Part shown: piece by piece, positions 25,217 through 38,725 of the stretch | Layout: each line of letters begins with the position of its first letter | Position numbering within the stretch: position 1 is the stretch's first letter | Assembly (NCBI GenBank): GCA_964247055.1 | Contig: OZ176052.1 | Span: forward strand, 3,100,001 to 3,164,000 | DNA from: Paragordius varius | Taxonomy: Eukaryota; Animalia; Nematomorpha | DNA: 64,000 bases | Reading direction: 5' to 3' | Translations under genes and position numbers: made by a program | The notes under the pieces: generated by a model | Told to the model about the DNA's origin: nothing | Seen by the model: only the letters and a program-made list of their open reading frames with translations | Databases searched by the model: none

Positions 25217-28200
25217 ATTTTGTTTTTTTAAATTGTTTAGATATTAATCATTGTTAACAGAGTGTTTTCTTAACAATTACTTTTTTATTAAGAATCGAAA
25301 TGCCTGATAATCAACTAAAACTCATTAGTTAGGCGCTTTGATTTTAAAATACTCGAGAGGCGACTTCCCTGTACTGTTACTTTTCTCCAAACAAATTATA
25401 AAGAAATTTTATATATACTTAAACGATTTTTATATAATTTTTTTAAATATACAGTAAAAATTGAAGATACAACAATAAAAATTAACTACTAAGGGCAAAT
25501 GTTTTTTTTTTTCAAAATAGGCATTTTTCATTTTTATTGTTTTGAGTCGCATAATAAAAAAAAAGATGTGAATTGGTAACGCCTTCAATTTTGCATACCA
25601 CAAATTGTAATCATATATAGTTAGACAAAATATCAAGCGTTAAGAAATAAAATTGTTTTCATATACGGGAATAAAATTGCAATTTAATTTTTCTATTATT
25701 CTCCTTATTAGATGCGTGCTTTATGTTCATATTTGGTAGCAAAAGCCCGAATGCAGAGACAACGTGAACAAACTGGAAAATTTAAGTATGAATATGATTC
25801 TGATGAGGACACGACTGAAGGCACTTGGGAACACAAAAAACGTCGTCTAGAAATGGAAAGAACAAAGGGTAAAATTAAAATGCAAGAAAAAATTTTAGCA
25901 CTAATTTTTTTGTCCACACAAGATGTAGTTTATAATCAGAAAAAAAGTTTTTTTTTACGTTTTGCTAAATAAGGTATCACAATCGTATATATTTTGGCAT
26001 AATTTAAGTTCTATATATATACAATCAAGGATTAAAAATAACTTTTATTTGAAAAAAATATTTGTCTTTTGAGGATTTGTCTTCACCGCTTATTGTGCGA
26101 AAAAGGGTTTAAAAATATTTTTCATAGATAAATTATGATTAGGAATAACATTTGCGACAAATAAAAAATTTATTTGTACCTTGTAATTTTTCACATATTG
26201 GGACAACGAAATGGGCAAAAAGTGAAATATATGGATAATCAAAAAAATTACGACAACACTTGAAGTATTTAAAATTATTTGGTTTTTGTCCACATTTATT
26301 CTAACCAGGGCTGTTCCAGCACAAATATCCTCACGGCTGCTTTGATAATTTTTGGTTTTTTTAAATTTTGAGCCCATTATTGATGATTATGTTCTCAGAT
26401 AATCGTAAATTTTTAATTGACATTCAATCTTTTATTTTGCGTACCGAAAAACTCGTGTTCCTCCTGATTTAAATGTTTTAATAAACTAGGATTAAAAAAT
26501 TGTGTTTTTGTTCAACATATACCATTTACAGTTTCAATTCACTCTTGAACATATCAAATCACCCTAAAAATTGTGTATTTGAACTAATATAACTCATTAT
26601 TAATATGAAATATATTTTTATGTAGTTTATTATTTTTTCAGAATTATATTAATAAACAGAAATTTTAAAAATATTATAGGTATTATTATTACTCATAAAA
26701 AACACATTACATTTCTGGTTGAATTTGAATTAAAAATGGTATATTTAATACACAACTATAAAATATTTTAAATAAAATACTTTTTATATTTTATAAACTA
26801 ACGTTAGTAGGGCCACTATAATTAAATATTTGTTATTTTTATTTTATTTGTCAAATATTTTAAATATTATATGGGGATACTTTAATATAGAATAGTATTT
26901 ACAATATTTAGACTTGTATCAAGCAAAGCAGAAGAAATCAAAAATAAATACTTTTTATGTTAAAAAATTAAGACTGATAGTTTACCAAAACTAGTGGAAG
27001 ATGTGCATGAATTTAAAAGCAATTGTATTTGTTCAAAACGAATGAATATTTTAGGTTATGGTGCTATATATAAAAGGCTTAAACTAGGTAAATCTGTATT
27101 TCACATGCTAAAATCGTTAATCAATATTATCGTTTAAATTTAAATGTTGACTTCTAAATAATATTTAATGTTTTCACTTATATTATTCATAAATGGCATG
27201 GCTTTCAACTCTTAGCTCCTTTGAATTGACGATGGATTAACGATAAAAATATTTGAGCTCCAAAATAAAAATGTATTTGGGACTTTATAAATTTATTAAA
27301 GCAAACTCTATTCAAACATTGTCTATATATTTTTGTGGCGTCAAATATACTAATTAGTTTGATTTAGCATAAAATTAATAATCTAAATCATATTAATTTA
27401 TTTGTAAAGGCTACTGATTTTGATTCTTAGTTTCAATACTTCTAAATCTTATTTCTTGTTAAGTATATACTTTAATTTTGTTCAGAAATTTTAAAAAGAG
27501 CGTAAATTCTAAAAATATGACAAAGAAAATAAAAATTATGCTACCATTTTTATACTGAAAGCTAGTATCTTATAATTATTTTGGCATGTATAATAAAAAA
27601 CCCAATATTTTTAGTAAATTATATAAATGGTAATTTTTTATTTAAGTTTTGTCATTTCCATAATTTTCGCTTTCATTTCGATTTCTCGAATTTTAAAACA
27701 CAAGGTGATCAACAAATTTTGTCGCAAGTAATATTTCTGGTAATATCTTGTGGAAAATATAGCTTATATCATTAAAATTGCAAAATATAACATTACAAGT
27801 ATTACCAATCATAATTATATGTTATTTAGCGACGCAATCTAATAGGATTTAATAAAAAAACAAAAAATATTTGTCTTTATGCTTTTTTACTATTTGTAAT
27901 CAATCAATTAGAGGAGGCCGATCTCCTAACCCAAATGGGTCAAGGTAAACATCATATTGGAGACTTTTTACCGCCTGAGGAATTACAGCGATTCCTATTT
28001 ACTTATCACATTATGAGACAATCTGAATTAACTGGGAAAACAGAAAATGAATTGCTTGATGAATTTGAAAAAGCCACCGCAAATACTAATCCAACAACAG
28101 CTGATTATGACCAAAACGAAGAAAATATGAATACTGTTGTCCCACAAAATGGTAATGGTGCCTTGGAAAGTAGCAATAATGAAATTATAGCTACTGATGA

Positions 28201-31200
28201 ATCTGAAACGCAATCGAATTCTATGAGCGCACTTGCAATGTCTGCCGAAGAAAGGGAATACGCCGAAGATTGTCAAAGTAAATACTAATTTGGACATTTT
28301 TTGTAAAGTCGCGTTAGTTTAGTTTAATTATTTGAAGTGCAAACATAATATTTTCATCAGATTTATTACGAATTTTATATTAGTCCTTATTTATCATAAG
28401 GTTAGATTAGACGTTTACTGATTATTAATATTTAGATGGAAAGTAATATTTTATACCAAAAATCGATGTTGTGTTTTAAATTACAGTATAATCTATCCCC
28501 ATAATATCTCGATTAATGGAAGTTTTATTTTAATAAGGATTCTCTTAAAAATTCGACTTTTTGTTGAATGTTTATTATTTAATTAATGGCTAATAAAAAT
28601 CTAGTGGTTTATTGTTTGCATATAATATGGATGATTTTATCCTCACAAAGTAATACAATTTTAAACATTATATCTTTTGAACAAAATCTGATTTGTTGAA
28701 AAAGTGCATGATATAATTATTGAATAGAATTTTACTTCAACAATGGATCTTAATAAAAAAATCAAAATAATTAACATTAGATAAGGGGTTTAACTTACAA
28801 TATGAGTAAGTATATATTGCTAGAAAGCTATTAATTATTTCCAAATATGCAGCAAAGAGATACATTATTGGCTAATAATAAAAAGTGAAAAAATAACTAT
28901 AAGCCAATAATATTTCCCTTTATGCTATTTGGCAATAACTAATAACTTTCTAGCAATGTGTACTTACTCATACTGTAATAACTCGTCCATAATGTTTACA
29001 TTCAAAATTAATCCGTGTTTTTTATACAAATTTATCGATTTGTTTGATAGAAACTGATCATGTTTTACCTTGTCTCACAAATGAGAATATTACAACACTG
29101 TCGAATACTACTAATACCACCACCAATGAAAAAATTGATCTACCCTCCTCTATTATAAAACCTTCACCATTTGCCAAACAACAGAATATAATAAATGGTG
29201 TAGGAGCCATCAGTAGTGATTTTGCAGCGAATAAACTCAGTTTTGATAATAATATTGGTTATCGGATCCTCATGAAAATGGGTTGGGACCAAGAACACGG
29301 CCTAGGTGCCCAAGGTCAGGGAATAGTTGATCCCATAAACAAGTACGAAGAAATTAGGAAGGAAAGATTATAAATTATGTAAAGTTAAAATATGTTTTTT
29401 TTAATCAAATAGAGCTGCTTGAAAAGTAGAGAATTTTTAAGTTTTATTCGTTAAAAATTTATTTAAGACACGTTGTTGTTAAATATGATGTGGGCGTTCC
29501 CATAAAACCTCATATTAAACACCGCTAATTACCGTATGCACATTTATATTGGTCAATTATATCGGTAAAAACAACAAAATGATTGAAATTAAAGTTTTTA
29601 CCATCTTACAACATTAATTTATTTCATTATGGCAAAATTTGTTTTATATCATATGCTATTGTATTAACTGGCCAAAAATAATATGAATTGGCCAACATAA
29701 ATAACCATTTATATATGGACTATGCAGAAATATAATGTTTGATAATTTCAAATTTCGAGGGCTTTATATTTAATACTTGTATAAATCATCTTAAATCTAA
29801 AATATTTTTTATTGTTATCATTAGAGCTCGTGTGTTAGGTGACCGTGTAGGTTTAGGCGTTTTAACTGCTCTGGGGAATCAAACCGCGGAATTACGGAAA
29901 GGAGATGATGAATATGACGCTTATCGAAAACGGATGATGTTGGCTTACAGGTTTCGACCTAACCCATTGGTAATAAAAAATAACTTGAAATTAATTAATT
30001 TTCAATACAGTATATCATTTCGTTCGCCCTTAAAAAATAATTTTTTTACTAAAACAAATGTACCCTTTTAAATTTTTAATAAGGCCTTTTTTTAACTAAA
30101 ACCGCTAAAATATACTTGTAAAATTATACGATTGCATTATCTCATAGCCCACACACAAAATATTGTGATTAAACATGGTAGAAAAATGCCTTAGAGTTTT
30201 TATGGTTCATTTAGTTATAGGGGTTTGTTCGTTAATTTATAAACTTTTATGGTAATTGTTTTATCAAACGTTATAACGCAAATTATATCAACCTAATTTT
30301 TTGGTAAAAACGAAAGGATTTAAAACAAACATCCTAACAATGTTTGTATTTATAGTAATATTTTTGTCATAGATCCGGAAGTTACTCATAGATTTTTAAA
30401 ATAGGCTTCGCCAATGTATGATAGAGTGAGAAAATTATGCAATATTTTGTTTTAGATAATGCGCGCATCTCCAGCAAAAATTAATAAAAACAGGCATTGA
30501 AATCCATTATCATACAATATTAGCTCTATTGAGGTGGCATTTCATAAGACGAAAAATTTTGTAAGACAAAATATAATATTTATTAACAGAATAAGTTAGT
30601 TTAATTAAATCGGCAGGTCCTATTATTACGTCGGAGATAGTAGAAAACACTTTGAAAAAAACAAATATGGTCAAAGCAGCATTTTTTATAATAAAACAAA
30701 AAAATATTTTTATTTTGTTACCGCTTCAAGCTTTAAATTTTGTGTTTTGACAAAAAACATCATTATTTCCACTTAAAACACGTAACTCATAAGTAAAAAG
30801 TTAATTAAGATTGAGGGAACAATAGAAGTTAAGTGGATATCAATCAATGTTTGTGTAATTTTAATGAGGAGTGGTTAGGGTGCCCACATGCCCTCTGCAT
30901 ATTCGGCTATAACCGTAACTTTACAATTTTTTTCATCTTCACTGTCAGCCTTGGGCAGGCGAGTGTTGAAGCTTTCGTGGTGGATACCTAACGTAAAAGT
31001 CCTTACTCTTTGGAAATAAGGGAAAAAAACTATAATATGTGGTTACTATAGTTATTGACTGCAAAATCATAAAATGTTTCGTTGTGGAGAATACATTTGA
31101 TTGACTTGGAAGTCTTATATAAAATTTTTTTGATAAAACCATTATAATAATACCTAAAAAACTTTTCCGCTGTTATAACTTTCACAAATAAATCGTAAGC

Positions 31201-31389
31201 CTTAAAGCTAAAAACACCATTCTGATGAGAATATCAGACATTTTTCTGCCATTATATGTACATATGTCCCGATATATTTTCCATGGTTTGATGCAGTGTG
31301 GTTTAGATAAGAAGGTTTGTCAAATGTTTTTTATATTATAATAATTTTTTATATATAATTAGAATAATCCACGAAGAGCATATTATTAA
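23692..31389 (+). CDS. SUGP1: SURP and G-patch domain-containing protein 1 (splicing factor 4)-like, about 498-505 aa, no recognisable SURP domain
   Basis: Exons 23692-23708, 23734-23798, 23868-24179 (possible 21-nt intron at 23932-23952), 24909-25045, 25712-25868, 27912-28277, 29051-29342, 29825-29969, 31363-31389 (1518 nt). Diagnostic motifs: [53 protein letters not shown]-patch [30 protein letters not shown], and C-terminus [29 protein letters not shown]. The N-terminal exons and start codon are less certain than the rest. Confidence 0.9.
26518..26743. mobile_element. MITE family A, degenerate copy in a SUGP1 intron
   Basis: TATACCATTTACAG ... AAAATGGTATA; the core matches the other copies. 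Confidence 0.75.
28796..28977. mobile_element. Tc1/mariner-type foldback MITE in a SUGP1 intron
   Basis: TACAATATGAGTAAGTATATATTGCTAGAAAG ... CTTTCTAGCAATGTGTACTTACTCATACTGTA. Confidence 0.8.
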
Positions 31390-31804
31390 CCGAATTGGGA
31401 TCGTTACTTATTCAACGGATTATGTAGTGAATTAAAGATATATTTACTGTTTTATTAAATAAATATATTTTATATGCCATTCAAAATTAACGGATGAAAT
31501 TTATATATCAGTCAGTTTGAAATCTAGAAAATTTATTTTATGCGGGATTGATATTAAGATATGTTTATTTATTACCCTTTTTTTAAAATCGTGCGAGTTT
31601 CACCTTTACCTGCAGCATATTTTGTACTAAACTGTATTATGAAGTTTTTTTAATGTTAAAATTTATATTCATCTCTTTAATATCCGATATAAACTCATAT
31701 TCTAATTAATCGGATAATAACTTTAATATAATTTTTTAACCACGACGATAGCAAAAACTTTGTGACACCTTGATAAGCTTCTAGATAAAACATCTAACGT
31801 AAAT

Positions 31805-32080
31805 TACAGTAAAAATTGAAATTATACGGACAAAACGTGAAAAAATTATGACAAATATCTTCTTAAAGACAACCATACTTTTACCTAAATGTTTACCATA
31901 TAAGCTACTTAGTTACTATTGTAAAATATAGAATTGATTGCGTTAGTATTATATATCTCTATTTCACACTTTGCCATTTAATACAATGGGTTATATTGAA
32001 ATAAATCAAGATTAAAAAAGTATGGTTGTTTTTTAGAAGTCTTTATATCTTTACGTTTTGTCCGTATAAACTCATTTTTT
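31805..32080. mobile_element. Tc1/mariner-type MITE (GACAAAACGT family)
   Basis: TACAGTAAAAATTGAAATTATACGGACAAAACGT ... ACGTTTTGTCCGTATAA; right end eroded. Confidence 0.65.
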
Positions 32081-35000
32081 TCAGGCCCATAAAAAAGCAA
32101 TTGGGCCGTGGTTCTAGTATTATTGGTTTAGAGTAAAAAGTATCACTGAAATGTCAGAAAATTGATTATTAATACTTTGCTCACGACCGAGTCCAAAATT
32201 TCGCTTTTTTATTATAAAATTATTTCTTTTTTGATAAAATTGATGCAATTCTTAAATGGGTATTTTTTTATATCGCTTTTACGCCTTCCATTTTTTAGCA
32301 ATATTAACCTGGATGTCAAATCTATATAGGATTAATATTGATGTAACTACTCTGATTTGTGCCAAATTAGATTAATTTTAAATAGGGTGTATTTCTTGTA
32401 GAATGCAGCCACAAATATAACTTTAAATTAGCCCTAAAATTTTAAATAATCGGAAAATGTGTGCCAATAATGATGTTTTTTATTTAACTTAAGCTTTATT
32501 ACGGTTTCAGAACTTATTGTGTTTATAAAAAATACTTTTTACATAGAATTCGACTTTTTGTTAAAATCGTGTATATGACTTTGATTCACATTAATTAGCA
32601 AATTTTATAGAAAACATTAGTCCTAAGATATTCCATAAAAAATCAAATAAAGCTAATAATTAATCAATTTTACTTTGCATATATATATAACATTAATCAA
32701 GGCGACAAAATTTAAACCTATTTTTTACCGTGCTTACAATTATAAAATAGAGTACATAGTACATTTATGCATGTTAAAATTTGATTAAAATCTATTTTTC
32801 CATACACAAAAAAATAAGTGATATAAATGTTTAAAATGTATAACATTTTTAATTAAAATACATATATATTTTAAAGTGCCGTATAGTCGGTCTCCTTAAC
32901 ACTTAACAGTAATATACATAGTAGTACATTGTTTCATTTATATATCTTTTACATCTATTTTTTTATAACGTTATACATTTTTTGCATTAATGTTGAAAAA
33001 TTTACACCTTTCTACATAAAAAAACAGAAAATTAATAAGTGCAAAGGTGATAATATACTGGCACAAAATTTAAAGTCCTTGTTGTAAAAATTAAAAAAAG
33101 GAAATATCTAACTTATGTATATTATATACTATTCACCTGTTTGTATCTGACGTTAGGTGAGTGAATATTGGAGATTTTAGTATATCTAATGCTTGTATTC
33201 TGTGCCTCCATACTAAAAGCCTACCTTAATCAATGCCTACATTTATAAAAAGTATTTATGAGGTAGGTGGGGTATATCGATCTTAATTATAAAATAAAAG
33301 GAGATTTTTAGTTATTATACAATATTGGAATTTCGAAAAATGTTATAATTATCACAGAAAATAAAATTCTGTTTTATATCATTGTTTTAGAGAATTATTG
33401 ATAAATGTTTTTTAAAGTACATCATTTAAAACATGATCCCGTCCTAATTAAAATATTGATTTGTAATCGGTATTTCATGCTTAAATATTGCTTGCATGAA
33501 ATTAATTTTCCATAAGCCATTATGTGTTTCGGTACTTCTGGCATAAAAAATTTAATCTGATTATATTTATAAATGTATATGTATGTTATGAAAGATAAAA
33601 TAAACTATTTTTGTTGAAAAAATATATAAAGTACAAAAAATGTATACATTTATGCTATTTGTCGTCGACGTCTACCTTGAGAGAGGCGGTGCCACATTAT
33701 TATTCGCTTTATAACTAAAAAACAGTATTGTATGTATGATTTATCTGTACACAAAAGAAATTATATAAAAAGGTTATTGTAAAAATACTGTTGAGTATGA
33801 TATAAAAAACAGTTTGTTTAATATTAAATAAACAATATAAATGGCATAAAGGGAATGTTTAATTTCAACCATTTGTTGTTTTTCACCATACGCTACTGTA
33901 TATGTAATTTTTTGTTTTAACACAAGTTTCTTATAAGTTATACGTTGCTGTAACGGGTTAATAGTTAAATATGGAGAACAACATTTTAAATAAAATCTTT
34001 AAATTTAACGCCGTTTAGGATAATAATAAATCCTAGGTATTTATTGGTAAGCTTTTTTAAAGACTCATGTTTGCCGCCATATAGGTAGATGGATAAAAAT
34101 AAAAAATGGATAATTTACTTCATTATGTACGATTTTACAACAATATTGGCTATAGACAGAAAACATGGTATTTTTAAACTATCCAGGTAGGATGACCGAC
34201 TTTTTTATATAAATTTATATTTAACATTTCTGATATTGATCAAAACAATCTATTATAATAAAACTTTAGTATCATAAATAGATGTTCTGTAAAGGTAGGT
34301 AAATACTGTTTTTGATTTTATTTTTTAGATAGCCAGATGTATGAATTTATTAACAAGTTTTTCAATTAAAGACGCATAATGCGAATAACTACGAATGAAA
34401 TTGTAAAAAACTTATTAAAACTTATCTAATGTTATATAAAATTATAACTGTGTATTGAGTCAAACTTATACGGCTGTTGAGCGGCAACGTATCTTTCAAT
34501 TTATTGATTAGTAAATAGCGACAACTCGTTTTCGGGTAACCAGAAAAATTACCTTTTTTGAATAATTTAAACCTATTCTTAAAACGATTCCGTGACCGTT
34601 TAAAATTTCATCGGGATGTGATTAATTAGTTTATATTAATTTGGGTGTAAATCTTCTGTTTTTGTATTGATGTTCCAATTTTATATACTAATGCAGCTTT
34701 TTTATGATAATACTTCTATATCTGTAAAATTAAAATAAATCCATTTATTAGATCCACGGTTTTTCTAATTATAATAAAATAAGGAAAAAATGATTTGCAG
34801 CTCCCCAATTTTGACTATGTATTATTAATTATTTTGTTAATCATAATTATGCATTAAAATAAACTGCAATTCAAAGTTACTTTGCATTTTATTTTTTTGT
34901 TATTCGCCATATAAAGATTATGATTGATTACTAATACAGTTATTTACTAACAGTCTTAAATCTATTAATAAGTTAACATTTTTTGTTGTCAATTTATGTC

Positions 35001-35614
35001 ACCTCTAATAAAGCTACCTCTAATTTGACAAAATTTGTAGAAATTAATCAATAATTATGAATTTAAGTTAACATTTTTACCGAACAATTAATTATTTTTG
35101 TAATTAGATTTGAAAGATTGCATATTTTTATACAACGACCAACATTGTATTAATATAAATGTGATGAATTCTGTTTCTAATCACTAATTTAATCGTATAA
35201 AAGTATACGCTATAAGGTGATGTAACATATTGTATTAATTATTTATTCGCATAATATATGTATATTTAATTTATGATTTATTATTATTATATATAAAATA
35301 ATTTTTTGTATAATGAAATAAAAAAAGTGATTAATTGTTTTTATTCTTCATTTTATATATAGATGTATGAAAGGTTTTTCAAATTTTGGTTTGGTGACAT
35401 TATAAAAGACATGAGTAAAGGTAATGCGAAAAACGCGACAGATTTGCAAAATCGAATAGAGCTTTTGAGTGTAGCAAAATGATGGAATGCTTTTTGCCAA
35501 TAGTAGTTGTTTATGATTTTTGTGAAGAAATTCCACTTTTTGTTATCCAATCTGCGCGTATCTTATTCTAAATTTTTCCCATATATCGTTCTATCTGTAA
35601 CTAGCTAACTAATT

Positions 35615-38600
35615 CTAGCTTATTGACTTGGGTGCTTTTGTTTTAAGTCTGCTGTTTTGTTGCTGTTTGAAAAACAATGTAATCTCAAACCAAACCGGAC
35701 ATGATTCAATAAACTGTCGGGTGTAACCGGGGCCCCAACCCTTACCAACACTCAGTCGTATGATAGGAAATGGAGTTATTGGATTTTCTATGTAGGCATT
35801 TAACAAAGGATCATACAGTTTAAGGCAATGATCAGGTGGTACCTTAAGTTTTGACGTTGATTCTATGGGTAAATTTAGGGCGGCGTATTGGGACGAATCA
35901 ATGAATATGGGTTTTCGGGATTCATTATAAATGTAAACGCTAGGTTGACCGCCATAAAAGTTAGGATTAGGATCATCAGGAGCGTCTGCAAAGCTGCTTT
36001 CATACTCCAAAACGAGATATATTAAATCATCATTATTTTGTACATTAGGGTTACTATTGTTTTGTAAATTCTTATGTTCATTATTTATGTTGGAACCGGT
36101 AAGAATGTGTGGATTTTGCGGATTTGTTGAGCTTTTGTCATTTAAAGAGTTACCACCACGAAAATTTTCGTTTGTTAAGTTTGGACCAGATGTTTTGCAG
36201 AGATTATCCATATTCTCATTTGTAGTTTGTAAATGATGGAGATTGTTATTTTTGGCACGATGCTGTAAGAATTTTGAAGTTGATATAACAGTTATTGGAT
36301 CCTTGAGTCGTAGTTGGGAATCAACTCTACTTCGATATCTCCAGCACGCTAGCGAACACCATCCCCTATCAAAATCGATTATTTGTGGACATGTTAGTTT
36401 TTCACTTTGAAAAGTTTCAATTTGGCTAGGATTGGGAAGAGGGTGATTTTTGGAACGTTGTTTAATGTGTGATGGTATTATGGAGCCTACACCTTGTTCA
36501 GATGCACCAGTTTCCGTTGAATCTGACAGCGAGTCATGTGGTAAGGAGTCTTTGGCTAAAATAGCAAATAATTTGGATTATTTTCACTCTATGAATTTAC
36601 CGAAAAATACATATATTGGTGACAAATATATGGCGCAAAGGAAAAAGAAACCAGGCATAAAATTGTATTATTTATAAATTTTGAATTACACAGCCTTCTA
36701 TGATTAATAAAACCTATAATTAGCAAGCAAGCTTCATTGAAATTAAAATATCTAAGTTGTAATTGAAGATATTAACTTATTTGAGAGCAAAAGCTTTCGA
36801 TAGTTCATTGCAAATTTTAAACTTTGCAAGTAATATTATGAATAATAAATATTTTTGTTAAATTATTCTTTCAGCTTCCAGTTTTCAAAGCCAAAGTTTC
36901 GTCTGACTTACCTGCATTGGAAAAAATGTGAAATTTAATCCATAACACACATCACAACAAATAAATTTTATCTTATTTTAGGCGTTTATGTTATATAAGG
37001 AAATGTACGGTTTTCAGTTTGTGATTTAACCTATTTTTAGCTCTTTTTGTGAAAAATGTTATCTTTAAAACGGGTCTATACTACTTTATTTCCTTTGACT
37101 ATTTATTGATATGTTAAATAAGCATTCTGAAAATTAGGCCGGCCATTTTACATTTATACACCAACAGTAATAGCTATTAATTTAAATATTAAAATATGGA
37201 TTATTTCTCGCAAAAAATTTATGTGGTCCGGTTTAAAGGGTTTGACTTTAAATTAGGGGTCGTCCAACACAAATGGCTTTGCGGGCCGCATTTTTGGATT
37301 AAATATTATATGGGTATTAACAAATATTTTATTAAATTTTAGAATTAAGACTGTAAAACAACTATATATTTTAACATTTTAGCTGATTATTCCCGATATT
37401 AGGAAAGAATTACATATCAGAAAATTTGTTTAAGAAAATAATTTGATTTCGTAAAATTTTGTATTTAAAATATCTCGCGGGTTACAGAAATATTTTTGGG
37501 GCCGCGTATTCTACTCCCCTGCTATTCTAGAAAAAATAATTGATGAAAGCAAAGTATGCCATACGTGCAAATATAAAGAAAAGAGTCCAAACTATATTAA
37601 TTTTTCGATAAATTTTTATCAAAATTAGACAACCTTACAGAAGAAAAATAATTTAAATTTAATATTTTAGAGCTATTCCAAAAAATATATGTTTATAATT
37701 AAAAAATCGATGTTTTTTATTTGGTAAAGAATTTATGGAATTTAAAAAAAATTGGTTAAGTGCCGTTTTTTGAGTTATATTTTATAAAATTTAATTAAAA
37801 ATATGTTTTTAGATATATAAGTAAAAGATTACATTGCAAAAACTTAAAATTGGTTCAATCTTTTAAAAACTATAATAGATAAATAATATCGGTAATTAAA
37901 AATATAAAATATTTGATAAACAGCAAAAAAGTTAAAATTTTATTTTTTTAAACAATGAACAATGAAAAACTGAGCGAAATAGAAGGCTATAAATTTTATT
38001 TAATGTAAAATTTTTTTTAATATATTGTTAAAAAAATTATCACGGCATTAACAATAAGACATTTCAAACCACCTATAGTTTCTATCTACAGTTAAATTGT
38101 TAGATTCTAATATCAATAAACTTAGAATTAATCATTTTAAATGTTAAACTTTTTTCAGCCAAAATATCTTTTTTAACATGGGTCCCTAATATAAATTTAA
38201 GGATTATTTTAAAATCTTTCCTAATTAGCCGATTTAGAAGACCCAAATAACCATAAATATGGTTGTTTACTGCATAAAAAGACACACATTTAAATTGTAT
38301 AAAATTTGATAAGATATGAGAGTGTTGTTTTAACATATATAAAGACTGCTTTTTATCTATTTCTTAGAAGAGTGTGTTAAAACATGGTTTGGAGGTAGAA
38401 TGGCGGGAATCTAAAAGTAGTATTAAAAATTTCGCTTCCGGGCGCAAGTATTCGTCTATTTTGGTATATTATCATTATTTTTTCTTCAAATTTTTGGTAT
38501 TAATTTTTTCTTATTTATACAAAAAGAACTAATTTTAATACATACATGTTTGACGATTATATTTGTGAATTTTTGGCCAATTTTTTCTTCTTATTAATCG

Positions 38601-38665
38601 ACCGGGATATGAGCTGAAAGGTACAACTGTCCCAAAAAATAATTTGTGAGTTAAAGGTCGCAGGA

Positions 38666-38725
<60 letters not shown>

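Noticed and set aside
31220-31250. CTGATGA as a possible hammerhead core (also tested 30870-31030)
   Set aside because: No stem II followed by GAAA and no stem III with a cleavage triplet.
32100-32135. A-box-like GGCCGTGGTTCTAGT
   Set aside because: No B-box or acceptor stem follows.
36450-36677. 75-aa plus-strand ORF (also 39826-40008 and 40345-40575)
   Set aside because: Antisense to, or overlapping, I-Smad exons.
38360-38455. Possible extra I-Smad exon (DEYLRPE...)
   Set aside because: No GT donor restores the phase before a stop, and exons 2 and 3 already join in frame.
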